Assembly (NCBI RefSeq): GCF_022985615.1
Contig: NZ_CP094965.1
Coordinates: forward strand, 124,327-156,326
Source: Candidatus Karelsulcia muelleri
GTDB taxonomy: Bacteria; Bacteroidota; Bacteroidia; Flavobacteriales; Blattabacteriaceae
DNA length: 32,000 nucleotides
Reading direction: 5' to 3'
The position numbers and the translations under genes were made by a program. The notes beneath the pieces are model-generated. The model had not been told where the DNA came from. It worked only from the letters and a program-made list of their open reading frames with translations, and made no database searches. Positions 9,681-17,577 of this stretch are shown piece after piece; the first letter of the stretch is position 1; each line of letters starts with the position of its first letter.

Positions 9681-10049
9681 ATGTTACAACAAGAATCATT
9701 TCTTAATGTTGCTGATAACACGGGTGCAAAAAAAGTTTTATTAATCCGTGTATTAGGAGGTACTAAAAAAAACTATGCTTCTCTTGGCGATACTATTATA
9801 GTAACAGTTAAAAATTCAATTGCTGGATCTACCATCAAAAAAGGACAAGTCACAAAAGCAGTAGTAGTTCGAACAAAATATAAAGTTAAACGCAAGGATG
9901 GATCATATATAAGTTTCGATGATAATGCCTGTGTTTTATTATCAAAAAGTGGCGAAATTAGAGGTACTAGAATCTTTGGGCCAGTGGCAAGAGAATTAAG
10001 AGAAAAAGAATATATGAAAATAATTTCATTAGCTGTAGAAGTATTATAA
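9681..10049 (+). CDS. rplN: 50S ribosomal protein L14
   Basis: 122 aa. [25 protein letters not shown]..., FDDNACVLL and [22 protein letters not shown] match L14. Confidence 0.96.
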   Translation: MLQQESFLNVADNTGAKKVLLIRVLGGTKKNYASLGDTIIVTVKNSIAGSTIKKGQVTKAVVVRTKYKVKRKDGSYISFDDNACVLLSKSGEIRGTRIFGPVARELREKEYMKIISLAVEVL

Positions 10050-10056
10050 TATTAAA

Positions 10057-10389
10057 ATGAAAATTAAAACTAAAGATACTATATTAATTAATAGTGGGAA
10101 TTCTAAAGGCAAGAAAGGGCAAGTTATAAAGATTATAAAAAAGAAAAAGAGAGCTTTAGTAAAACTTTTCAATCAGCAATTAATTGAAATTGATTTATCG
10201 AATATACTTTTAATATATAGACCCTCTTATAATTATAAGAGTTTTGACAAAGTCCAAAAACTTTTAATTAAAGTGAGAAAAATAAATAAAAAATTAAATT
10301 CTTTCTTTTCGATAGAAGAATTAAAGAATTTATTAAAGATTAGAGATTTAGAAAATATTAAACTTAGAAAGAATGAATTATTTACCTAG
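10057..10389 (+). CDS. rplX: 50S ribosomal protein L24 (KOW N-terminus, divergent C-terminal half)
   Basis: 110 aa. The N-terminus MKIKTKDTILINSGNSKGKKGQVIKI has the KOW motif, and the gene lies between rplN and rplE. The C-terminal ~55 aa show no L24 similarity that I can recognise. Confidence 0.7.
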   Translation: MKIKTKDTILINSGNSKGKKGQVIKIIKKKKRALVKLFNQQLIEIDLSNILLIYRPSYNYKSFDKVQKLLIKVRKINKKLNSFFSIEELKNLLKIRDLENIKLRKNELFT

Positions 10390-10918
10390 ATTGAAAAAAA
10401 AATACAATGAAGAGATTAAATTAAAATTAAAAAAAAAGTTTCTATATGAAGGTATAATGCAAATTCCCAAATTAACTAAAATAGTAATAAATCAAGGTAT
10501 TAACAGATCTATATATGATAAAAATACATTAAATAATGCAATTGAAAATATTTCTTTAATATCTGGACAGAAAGCAATTTTTTGCCAATCAAAACGTGAT
10601 GAATCAGGATTTCAACTAAGAAAAGGAACACCTATCAGTGTAAAAGTCACACTACGCAGAAATAGAATGTATGAATTTTTAGATAGATTAATAAATATTG
10701 TTTTACCTAGAGTTCGTGATTTCAATGGAGTAAATAAAAAGAGTTTTGATGGAAAAGGAAATTATAATTTAGGAATTCGTGAACAAATTATCTTTCCAGA
10801 AATAAAAAAAGATTTTAAAAAAAATATAGGAATGAATATTACTTTTGTGACTACTGCTAAAAAAGATAAAGAAGCTAAATATTTATTATATTTATTTGGT
10901 CTTCCTTTTAAAAAATAA
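10373..10918 (+). CDS. rplE: 50S ribosomal protein L5
   Basis: 181 aa. [15 protein letters not shown]..., QKAIF..SK.....F.LRKG.PI..KVTLR...MYEFLDRLI...[23 protein letters not shown] matches L5. Confidence 0.94.
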   Translation: MNYLPRLKKKYNEEIKLKLKKKFLYEGIMQIPKLTKIVINQGINRSIYDKNTLNNAIENISLISGQKAIFCQSKRDESGFQLRKGTPISVKVTLRRNRMYEFLDRLINIVLPRVRDFNGVNKKSFDGKGNYNLGIREQIIFPEIKKDFKKNIGMNITFVTTAKKDKEAKYLLYLFGLPFKK

Positions 10919-10922
10919 AATT

Positions 10923-11192
10923 ATGTCTAAAGAATCTATAAAAGCTAGACAAAAAAAACGTAGAATTTTAGTTGAGAAATATGCTAAAAAAAGAGCTTAT
11001 TATAAGAAAATAGGAGATAATATAAATTTACAAAAATTGCCTAAAAATGCTTCTCCAGTTCGTTTACATAATATTTGTAAGCTCACTGGGAGAACTAAAG
11101 GTTATATTCGCAAATTTGGGGTCTCACGATTAGAATTTAGACGATTAGCCTCTCAAGGTTTAATTCCAGGAGTAAGAAAAGCTAGTTGGTAA
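10923..11192 (+). CDS. rpsN: 30S ribosomal protein S14
   Basis: I chose the internal Met ([13 protein letters not shown]...) over the track start at 10896, because it gives the canonical S14 N-terminus and avoids overlapping rplE. The C-terminus [21 protein letters not shown] is the S14 signature. Confidence 0.9.
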   Translation: MSKESIKARQKKRRILVEKYAKKRAYYKKIGDNINLQKLPKNASPVRLHNICKLTGRTKGYIRKFGVSRLEFRRLASQGLIPGVRKASW

Positions 11193-11204
11193 AAAAATAA
11201 AAGA

Positions 11205-11594
11205 ATGATTACAGATCCAATTGCCGATTGTTTAACAAGAATTAGAAATGGGTGCCTATCTAAGAAAGATATTATTTATATACAATATTCGAAAGTTATA
11301 AAAAATATTCTTAAAATTTTCCTTGAACAAGGGTTTATAGGAAATTATAAATTAAAAACAAATAAAATAATAAAGGTATATTTAAAATATATTTATCCTA
11401 AAAAAAACTCGGTAATTAAATATATTAAAAGAATAAGTAAACCAAGTTTAAGAAAATATTCAAGTAGTAAAAATTTACCTAGAGTTCTTAATGGGTTAGG
11501 AATAGCTATTATATCAACCTCAAAAGGAATAATTACTGATAAATTAGCTAGAAAAAAAAAACTAGGTGGTGAAATAATTTGTTATGTATATTAA
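11205..11594 (+). CDS. rpsH: 30S ribosomal protein S8
   Basis: 129 aa. [16 protein letters not shown]..., [10 protein letters not shown] and [29 protein letters not shown] match S8. Confidence 0.94.
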   Translation: MITDPIADCLTRIRNGCLSKKDIIYIQYSKVIKNILKIFLEQGFIGNYKLKTNKIIKVYLKYIYPKKNSVIKYIKRISKPSLRKYSSSKNLPRVLNGLGIAIISTSKGIITDKLARKKKLGGEIICYVY

Positions 11595-11610
11595 ATAATA
11601 TAAAAGCTTC

Positions 11611-12177
11611 ATGTCTAGAATTGGAAAAAGAAATATTATTATACCCAAGAATATTTTAATTAAAATTAAAAATAAGGTAATTTCTGTAACTGGTCCTCTT
11701 GGAAAACTTTCTCTTCAAATAAGAGGGAACCTAAAAATAGAAAGGGCAGAAAATAAAATAACAATAAAAAGAAGAGAGAATAATAAATATAATAAATATA
11801 ATAAATCTCTACATGGATTATACAGAATGCTAATTAATAATATGATTATTGGTGTATTATATGGTTTTAAAAAAGAATTAGAATTGAAAGGAGTAGGTTA
11901 TAAAGTTGCTTTAGATAATGAAAAAAAAGTATTAGAATTTAACTTAGGCTACTCTCATAATATAGTAATGAATTTCCCCAAAGACTTAAAAGTAGAAATA
12001 AAAAATGAAATGAACAAAAATCCTCGTATTATTTTAATGTCATATGATAAACAATTATTGGGGATATTTGCGGCTAAAATAAGATCTTTAAGAAAACCTG
12101 ATCCTTATAAAGGCAAAGGAATTCGTTATATTAATGAATATATTATTAAAAAAGCAGGTAAATCGACTGTTAAATAA
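11611..12177 (+). CDS. rplF: 50S ribosomal protein L6
   Basis: 188 aa. MSRIGK..I.IP..., GPLG.LS, HGLYR.LI.NMI.GV..GF.K.LEL.GVGYK and PDPYKGKGIRY match L6. It contains an in-frame 9-bp tandem repeat (NKYNKYNK). Confidence 0.92.
   Translation: MSRIGKRNIIIPKNILIKIKNKVISVTGPLGKLSLQIRGNLKIERAENKITIKRRENNKYNKYNKSLHGLYRMLINNMIIGVLYGFKKELELKGVGYKVALDNEKKVLEFNLGYSHNIVMNFPKDLKVEIKNEMNKNPRIILMSYDKQLLGIFAAKIRSLRKPDPYKGKGIRYINEYIIKKAGKSTVK
11782..11806. repeat. 9-bp in-frame tandem repeat (x2.8) inside rplF
   Basis: AATAAATAT x2 plus AATAAAT, encoding NKYNKYNK. Confidence 0.9.
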
Positions 12178-12190
12178 ATGAATTGCTTAT

Positions 12191-12478
12191 ATGAAAAAAA
12201 AAAGACCTAGAATTTCAGTCTTTAGAAGTAATAAGCAGATTTATGTTCAAATAATAGATGATGTTAATCATCAGACTTTACTATCATATTCTTCGAAAAA
12301 AAAATCTAATTTAAAAATTACTAAAACTAAAATGGCAAGGAAAATAGGGATGATTTTAGGAGAAAAAGCCAAAAAAAGAGGTATTTATAAGTTAGTTTTT
12401 GATAGAAATGGATATTTATATCATGGTAGAGTTAAAGCTTTGGCAGAGGGTTTAAGAAAAACTGGTTTAAAATTTTAA
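12191..12478 (+). CDS. rplR: 50S ribosomal protein L18 (short)
   Basis: 95 aa. RISVFRSNKQIYVQIIDD..., VFDRNGYLYHGRVKALAEGLRK.GLKF matches L18. Confidence 0.9.
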   Translation: MKKKRPRISVFRSNKQIYVQIIDDVNHQTLLSYSSKKKSNLKITKTKMARKIGMILGEKAKKRGIYKLVFDRNGYLYHGRVKALAEGLRKTGLKF

Positions 12479-12481
12479 AAT

Positions 12482-12976
12482 ATGAAAGTACAAGGAAACA
12501 AATTAAAAGAGAAATTAGTAACTTTAAAAAGAGTATGTAAAGTCACAAAAGGAAGAAGATATTTCAGTTTTACAGCTTTAGTAGTTAAAGGAAATAAAAA
12601 GGGGTTAGTAGGTTTTGGGGTTGGCAAAGCTAAAGAACCACAAAACGCTATAAAAAAGGCTGGAGATAAAGCAGAAAAAAGATTGGTTAAAATATCATTA
12701 AAAAGGGGAACTATTCCTCATGAACAAAAAGCTAAACATGGCAGTACTTATATATTTCTTTATCCAGCTTCTGAAGGTACTGGAATAATTGCAGGTGGTG
12801 TGGTTAGAATAGTTTTAGAATTAGTAGGTGTAAAAAATATTTTCTCTAAATTGAATGGTTCATCTAATCCTAATAATTGCATTAGGGCAGTAATATTAGC
12901 TTTAACAAAAATTAGAAATGCATATACTATTTCCAAAGAAAGAGGGATATCTATTAAAAAGATTTTTGAAGTTTAA
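12482..12976 (+). CDS. rpsE: 30S ribosomal protein S5
   Basis: 164 aa. RVCKVTKGRRYFSFTALVVKGNKKGLVGFGVGKAKE...AI.KA, PASEGTGIIAGG.VR.VLEL.GVKNI.SK..GS.NP.N match S5. Confidence 0.95.
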   Translation: MKVQGNKLKEKLVTLKRVCKVTKGRRYFSFTALVVKGNKKGLVGFGVGKAKEPQNAIKKAGDKAEKRLVKISLKRGTIPHEQKAKHGSTYIFLYPASEGTGIIAGGVVRIVLELVGVKNIFSKLNGSSNPNNCIRAVILALTKIRNAYTISKERGISIKKIFEV

Positions 12977-12988
12977 ATTTATTATACC

Positions 12989-13441
12989 ATGATTCTGAAT
13001 CATTTAACTCCTCTTCAAGGCTCAAATAAGAAAGGCAAACGATTAGGAAGAGGAAAAGGTTCTGGAAAAGGAAAAACGGCTACTAGAGGTAATAAAGGGG
13101 CTAAATCTCGTTCTGGGAATTCTGTGAAATTAGGATTTGAAGGTGGACAAATGCCTTTCCATAAACGGATTCCCAAATTTGGATTTAAAAATAGAAATAA
13201 AAAAAAATATAAAATATTTAATTTAGAAACGCTAGAAGATCTAATAAATATTGGAAAAGTAAAAAGAAATTTAATAAATAATAATGTATTGATAAAAATT
13301 GGTTTATTAAAAAAAAAAGAGGTTTTTAAAATCTTAGGAAAAGGGGAATTAACTCATAAAATAAAACTTTTTGCTCATAAGTTTAGTAAAAAAGCCTCTC
13401 TAAAGATTAAAAAGCTTGGAGGAAAGCCTATAATTAAATAA
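12989..13441 (+). CDS. rplO: 50S ribosomal protein L15
   Basis: 150 aa. L.PL.GSNK..KRLGRGKGSGKGKTATRG.KGAKSRSG....GFEGGQMP...R.PK.GF matches L15. Confidence 0.91.
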   Translation: MILNHLTPLQGSNKKGKRLGRGKGSGKGKTATRGNKGAKSRSGNSVKLGFEGGQMPFHKRIPKFGFKNRNKKKYKIFNLETLEDLINIGKVKRNLINNNVLIKIGLLKKKEVFKILGKGELTHKIKLFAHKFSKKASLKIKKLGGKPIIK

Positions 13442-13445
13442 ATAA

Positions 13446-13662
13446 ATGACGAAAGCAAAATATATTAAATCCAAGGTATGGATAGTCAAACAGGCTTTAC
13501 CAAATGTTACCAAGTACAAAAGGATAGTAACTGGATAAAGGTAAAAATGTAAAAAAAGGGAAAATGAGAAGGAATTATATTAAAATTTTACCAGGCGATA
13601 AAGTTAAATTGCAGATTTACTATTATGATTTAACTAAAGCAAGAATAATATATAGATACTAA
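13446..13662 (+). pseudogene. infA: translation initiation factor IF-1, reading frame broken at two points
   Basis: Own three-frame reading gives three pieces. Frame A, 13446-13508: MTKAKYIKSKVWIVKQALPNV. Frame B, 13508-13549: [14 protein letters not shown], then TAA. Frame C, 13549-13662: [37 protein letters not shown]. Joined, they align colinearly with the ~72-aa IF-1 (..ALPNxxFRVxLxNGHxxxAHISGKMRxNYIRILPGDKVxVExxPYDLxKGRIxxR). No single frame is intact. Confidence 0.6.
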
Positions 13663-13690
13663 AAGTTATAAAGTTATAATCTAAAGTTAT
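13663..13690. repeat. 8-bp tandem duplication plus a third copy in the infA-rpmJ spacer
   Basis: AAGTTATA occurs at 13663-13670 and 13671-13678. AAAGTTAT at 13683-13690 runs into the rpmJ ATG (13689). Confidence 0.8.
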
Positions 13691-13805
13691 GAAAAAAGTT
13701 ACCTCTTTAAAAAGAAGAAGTCAAAATTGCAAAATTGTTAAAAGAAAAGGAAAATTAATAATTATAAATAAAGTTAAACCGAAATATAAACAAAAACAAA
13801 GATAA
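13689..13805 (+). CDS. rpmJ: 50S ribosomal protein L36
   Basis: Own translation (38 aa, below the track cut-off): MKKVTSLKRRSQNCKIVKRKGKLIIINKVKPKYKQKQR*. This is the L36 pattern (MKVR.S.K....C.IV.R.G...VI.K.NP..KQRQG), located between infA and rpsM. Confidence 0.88.
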   Translation: MKKVTSLKRRSQNCKIVKRKGKLIIINKVKPKYKQKQR

Positions 13806-13808
13806 TAT

Positions 13809-14192
13809 ATGGCTCTGATATCTGGAATAAATATACCAGAAAATAAAAGAGGAATTATAGCTCTAACTTATATTTTTGGGATTGGAAAAAATATTTCTAA
13901 AACAATATTTGAAATTCTAAAAATGAATCCAAATACAAAAGTAAAGAATTGGTCAGATTTAGAATTAAATAATATTAGAAAATTTATAAATAAGAATATA
14001 AAAATTGAAGGGGAGTTGAAAACTGAGATTAAATTAGATATTAAGAGATTACTTGATATAAAATGTTATAGAGGAATCAGACATAAAATTGGTCTTCCAG
14101 TTAGAGGTCAGAAGACTAAAAATAATTGTAGGACCAGAAAAGGGAAAAGAAAAACAATAGCTAATAAAAAAAAAATTATTAAAAAGTCATAA
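13809..14192 (+). CDS. rpsM: 30S ribosomal protein S13
   Basis: 127 aa. MALISGINIPENKRGIIALTYIFGIGKN..., YRGIRHK.GLPVRGQKTKNN.RTRKG matches S13. Confidence 0.95.
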   Translation: MALISGINIPENKRGIIALTYIFGIGKNISKTIFEILKMNPNTKVKNWSDLELNNIRKFINKNIKIEGELKTEIKLDIKRLLDIKCYRGIRHKIGLPVRGQKTKNNCRTRKGKRKTIANKKKIIKKS

Positions 14193-14195
14193 TAA

Positions 14196-14549
14196 ATGAA
14201 AAATCAAGATATATCTTGTTGCAATGTTCACATAAAGTCTACATTTAACAATATTATTATAACTTTGTCTAATTTTAAAGGTGATGTGCTGGCCTGGGCT
14301 TCAGCTGGACAAAAAGGTTTTAAAGGTGCAAAAAAAAATACCCCTTATGCTGCTTGTAAAACAGCTCAAGATATAGTAGAAAAAGGGAAAAAAATGGGTA
14401 TTAAAAAAATTAATATTATTGTTAAAGGTCCAGGAGGTGGACGAGAAGCAGCAATTAGAACTTTAAGTAATCTAAATGTTATGAAAATAAAAGATATTAC
14501 TCCTATTCCCCATAATGGTTGTAGACCCCCAAAAAAAAGAAGAATATAG
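14196..14549 (+). CDS. rpsK: 30S ribosomal protein S11 (short N-terminus)
   Basis: 117 aa. [67 protein letters not shown] matches S11. Confidence 0.95.
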   Translation: MKNQDISCCNVHIKSTFNNIIITLSNFKGDVLAWASAGQKGFKGAKKNTPYAACKTAQDIVEKGKKMGIKKINIIVKGPGGGREAAIRTLSNLNVMKIKDITPIPHNGCRPPKKRRI

Positions 14550-14576
14550 TATATTATATATAAAATATATAAAAAA

Positions 14577-15173
14577 ATGGCTAAATATATTGGTCCTAAA
14601 AATAAAATCTCTAGAAAATTTGGTTGTCTTATTTATGGAATTAAAAAAAAAAGTTTTGAAAAAAAAAACTATCCACCTGGTCAACATGGACCAAAAAAAA
14701 AAACAATAAATTTTAATAAATCAAATTATTATATTCAATTATTAGAAAAACAAAAGATAAAATATCTTTATGGAATTCTAGAAAAACAATTTAGAAAAAT
14801 CTTTGAAAAAGCTTCAAAAAAAAAGGGGATCACTGGAGAAATACTTTTACAACTTTGTGAATCCAGGTTAGATAATGTCGTCTATAGATTAAATTTTGCT
14901 CCTACTAGACCAAGTGCCAGACAGTTAGTTACTCATCGACATATATTAGTAAATGGAAAAATTGTTAATATTCCATCTTTTACATTAAAACCTGGGGATA
15001 TAATTTCGGTTAAAGAAAATTTAAAAATCTCTGCAAATTATAAATTACTAAAAAAAATTTCCAATTGGTTGATGTTAAAAAAAAGGAAAGGAATTTTTAA
15101 ATATATTCCTAGGAGAGAACAAATTCCCGAAAATATTAATGAACGTTTACTAGTAGAATTGTATTCTAAATAA
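14577..15173 (+). CDS. rpsD: 30S ribosomal protein S4
   Basis: 198 aa. [60 protein letters not shown] matches S4, including the S4 domain. Confidence 0.95.
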   Translation: MAKYIGPKNKISRKFGCLIYGIKKKSFEKKNYPPGQHGPKKKTINFNKSNYYIQLLEKQKIKYLYGILEKQFRKIFEKASKKKGITGEILLQLCESRLDNVVYRLNFAPTRPSARQLVTHRHILVNGKIVNIPSFTLKPGDIISVKENLKISANYKLLKKISNWLMLKKRKGIFKYIPRREQIPENINERLLVELYSK

Positions 15174-15193
15174 TTTAATTTAATAATAGTATT

Positions 15194-16234
15194 ATGATTT
15201 CACCAGCCCAGATAAAAATCTTAACAAATTCTAAAAATAGAGGGAAATTTTTAATAAAACCTTTAAGTACTGGATTTGGAATTACTCTAGGAAATTCATT
15301 AAGGAGAGTTTTAATATCATATTTAGAAGGATATGCCATATATTATATAATGATTAATGGTGTCAAACATGAATTCTCTTATATAGATGGAGTAATAGAA
15401 AATCTAACTGAAATAATTTTAAATTTAAAACAAATACGTTTTAAATTAAAAAGTAAAATTTATAAAAAAATCCCAGAACAGTTTACAATATTTTTAACAA
15501 AAAAAAAGTCTAAAATTACTGCTGGAGATTTATGTGGATCTATTACTTGTTTTGAAGTATTGAATCCAAATTTATTAATTTTGAATAAAGAGTTAGATAC
15601 TAATTTAAAAATTACTCTCGGTATAAAAAAAGGAGTTGGATATATTCCAGTAGAAAAAAAAAAGAATAAAATAGGAAAAATACCAATTGATACTATTTTT
15701 AGTCCCATAATAAACGTAAGCTTAAAAGTAGAAACTTGTGAAGTGAATAATTGCTATGAATACGATAGTTTGATTATAGATATTCGTACTGATGGTTCAA
15801 TTACTCCAAAAAAGGCTTTAAAAAAAGCTTCTAGTATCCTAATACAACATTTTACTTTATTTTTTAATGGTAAAAAAACAGAATTAAAGCTCCCAATAAA
15901 ATATACTGATTATAAAGAAAGAATAAAATATTTATATATGCAAAAACTTTTAAATTGTTTAAAATTTGCTAAAATTAAAACTTGGGCTGACTTAGTAAAA
16001 GTTAAAAACTTAGGATTAGCTTATGATTCTGAGTCTGAGTATAATTTTGGAAATTTTGGAGGAGGAGATTATGGTCTTGATTTATCAAAATATCAAATAT
16101 CAAAATATCAAATTAAAATTTCTAATAAAAAAAAAAGAATAAAAAATTTTCGTGAAAAAATGAGAAAAATAGTAAAGCTAAGAAATGTTATTAAAAGAAG
16201 AAAAATGACCAAAAAAAATGAGACACCAAAATAA
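15194..16234 (+). CDS. rpoA: DNA-directed RNA polymerase alpha subunit, with a degenerate, repeat-bearing C-terminal tail
   Basis: 346 aa. The NTD is conserved (GKFLIKPLSTGFGITLGNSLRRVLIS.LEG.AI, IDIRTDGSITP..AL..AS.IL). Only a remnant of the alpha-CTD helix-hairpin-helix is visible (LNCLKFAKIKTWADLV), followed by a Lys-rich tail carrying four short tandem duplications. Confidence 0.9.
   Translation: MISPAQIKILTNSKNRGKFLIKPLSTGFGITLGNSLRRVLISYLEGYAIYYIMINGVKHEFSYIDGVIENLTEIILNLKQIRFKLKSKIYKKIPEQFTIFLTKKKSKITAGDLCGSITCFEVLNPNLLILNKELDTNLKITLGIKKGVGYIPVEKKKNKIGKIPIDTIFSPIINVSLKVETCEVNNCYEYDSLIIDIRTDGSITPKKALKKASSILIQHFTLFFNGKKTELKLPIKYTDYKERIKYLYMQKLLNCLKFAKIKTWADLVKVKNLGLAYDSESEYNFGNFGGGDYGLDLSKYQISKYQIKISNKKKRIKNFREKMRKIVKLRNVIKRRKMTKKNETPK
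16028..16113. repeat. cluster of four in-frame micro-duplications in the rpoA C-terminal tail
   Basis: TCTGAG x2 (16028-16039), AATTTTGGA x2 (16043-16060), GGA x3 (16058-16066) and ATCAAAATATCAAAT x2 (16084-16113). All periods are divisible by 3. Confidence 0.93.
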
Positions 16235-16568
16235 AAATAATAATTTAGGACGAAATAAGTCTCATAGAAAATCCCTATTAACTAATCTGGCTATTTCCCT
16301 AATAAAACATAAAAGAATTAAAACAACTTTAGCTAAAGCAAAATCTTTAAAAAAATTCATTGAACCAATAATAACTAGAGGTAAAAAAAAAGATACTCAT
16401 TCTATGCGAATAGTATTTAAAAAATTAAATGATAAAACTGCTGTTTTGGAACTTTTAAAAAATATATCAAAAAATAATTTAAAACGTAATGGAGGATATA
16501 CAAGAATTATTAAACTTGGCAAGAGGTTAGGAGATTTTTCAGAAATGGCAATAATGGAGCTAGTTTAA
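16218..16568 (+). CDS. rplQ: 50S ribosomal protein L17
   Basis: 116 aa. MRHQNK...LGR..SHRK.LL.NLA.SLI.H.RI.TTLAKAK.LKKF.EP.IT..K, GGYTRI.KLG.R.GD....AI.ELV matches L17. Confidence 0.93.
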   Translation: MRHQNKNNNLGRNKSHRKSLLTNLAISLIKHKRIKTTLAKAKSLKKFIEPIITRGKKKDTHSMRIVFKKLNDKTAVLELLKNISKNNLKRNGGYTRIIKLGKRLGDFSEMAIMELV

Positions 16569-17470
16569 TGAAATATTTTCATATACCAGTTTTATTATCG
16601 GAAGTTCTAGAAAACCTTATTAAGGATATTAATGGTATCTATATAGATACTACTTTTGGTAGTGGTGGACATTCTTTTGGGATATTAAAGAAAATAAGTA
16701 ATCAAGGTAAATTATTTGCTTTTGATCAAGATCAATTTGCAATTATTAAAAATAAAATTTGTGATAAAAGAATAAGATTTTTTAACGAGAACTTTCGAAA
16801 TATACAAAAAATATTAAAAGCTTATAAAAACAACATTCTAAAGAATGTATCAGGAATAATAGCCGATTTAGGAGTTTCCTCGTATCAAATAGATACACCA
16901 CAACGAGGGTTTTCAATAAGATTTAATAAAATTTTGGATATGAGAATGGATTTATCAAAACAAAAGTCGGCTTTAAATATAATAAAAAATTATTCTTTTG
17001 AAAAATTAAATAAGATTTTTAATAAATATGGGGAGTTTAAAAATCCGCAAAGAATATCTAGAAAAATTGTTTTAAACAGTAAATTTATTAACACTACTTT
17101 GGATTTAGTAAATCTATTCAAAAGAAATAATAACAGGAAATTTTTATCTAGATTATTCCAAGCTTTAAGAATAGAGGTAAATGATGAAATAAATGCGTTA
17201 AAGAAATTACTTAAACAATCAATAAATATTTTAAAACCGGGAGGTAGATTAGCTATTATTTCCTATCATTCATTAGAAGATAGGTTAGTTAAAAACTTCT
17301 TTAAAAGTGGAAATATACAGGGGATTATTAAATATGATAAGAAAGGTAAGAATTTATCTCCATTTAATAAAAAATATACTAAAAGAATTTTTCCAACAAA
17401 AGAAGAAATCACTAAAAATAATAGAGCTAGAAGTGCTATATTAAGAATTACACAAAAAAAAGTATGTTGA
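16568..17470 (+). CDS. rsmH: 16S rRNA (cytosine1402-N4)-methyltransferase
   Basis: 300 aa. HIPVLL.EV...L, DTTFGSGGHS, DLGVSSYQID...RGFS, LDMRM, ISYHSLEDRLVKNFF and RARSA.LR are MraW/RsmH motifs. The last 11 nt (including the TGA stop) lie inside copy 1 of the duplicated rnpB 5' segment. Confidence 0.92.
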   Translation: MKYFHIPVLLSEVLENLIKDINGIYIDTTFGSGGHSFGILKKISNQGKLFAFDQDQFAIIKNKICDKRIRFFNENFRNIQKILKAYKNNILKNVSGIIADLGVSSYQIDTPQRGFSIRFNKILDMRMDLSKQKSALNIIKNYSFEKLNKIFNKYGEFKNPQRISRKIVLNSKFINTTLDLVNLFKRNNNRKFLSRLFQALRIEVNDEINALKKLLKQSINILKPGGRLAIISYHSLEDRLVKNFFKSGNIQGIIKYDKKGKNLSPFNKKYTKRIFPTKEEITKNNRARSAILRITQKKVC

Positions 17471-17577
17471 TTTATCGCATTGTTTGTTTTTAAACAAACA
17501 ATGAGGAAAGTAAAGTATGTTAAGTATAAGTATAAGTATAAGTATAAGTATAAGTATGTTGATTTATCGCATTGTTT
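17460..17577. repeat. duplicated rnpB 5' domain (52-bp copy, 9-bp and 26-bp partial copies) with an (AAGTAT)n hexanucleotide microsatellite
   Basis: 17460-17511 is 52/52 identical to 17578-17629 (the rnpB 5' end through GAGGAAAGT). AAGTATGTT is at 17513-17521, AAGTAT x5 at 17522-17551, and a partial copy AAGTATGTTGATTTATCGCATTGTTT at 17552-17577. Confidence 0.95.

Noticed and set aside
14472-14709. ORFs of 71 aa (minus) and 64 aa (plus) spanning the rpsK/rpsD junction
   Set aside because: They overlap the well-supported rpsK and rpsD in other frames or strands and are Lys/Phe-rich low-complexity sequence.
15460-15708. 82-aa minus-strand ORF inside rpoA
   Set aside because: It is antisense to the conserved rpoA N-terminal domain.
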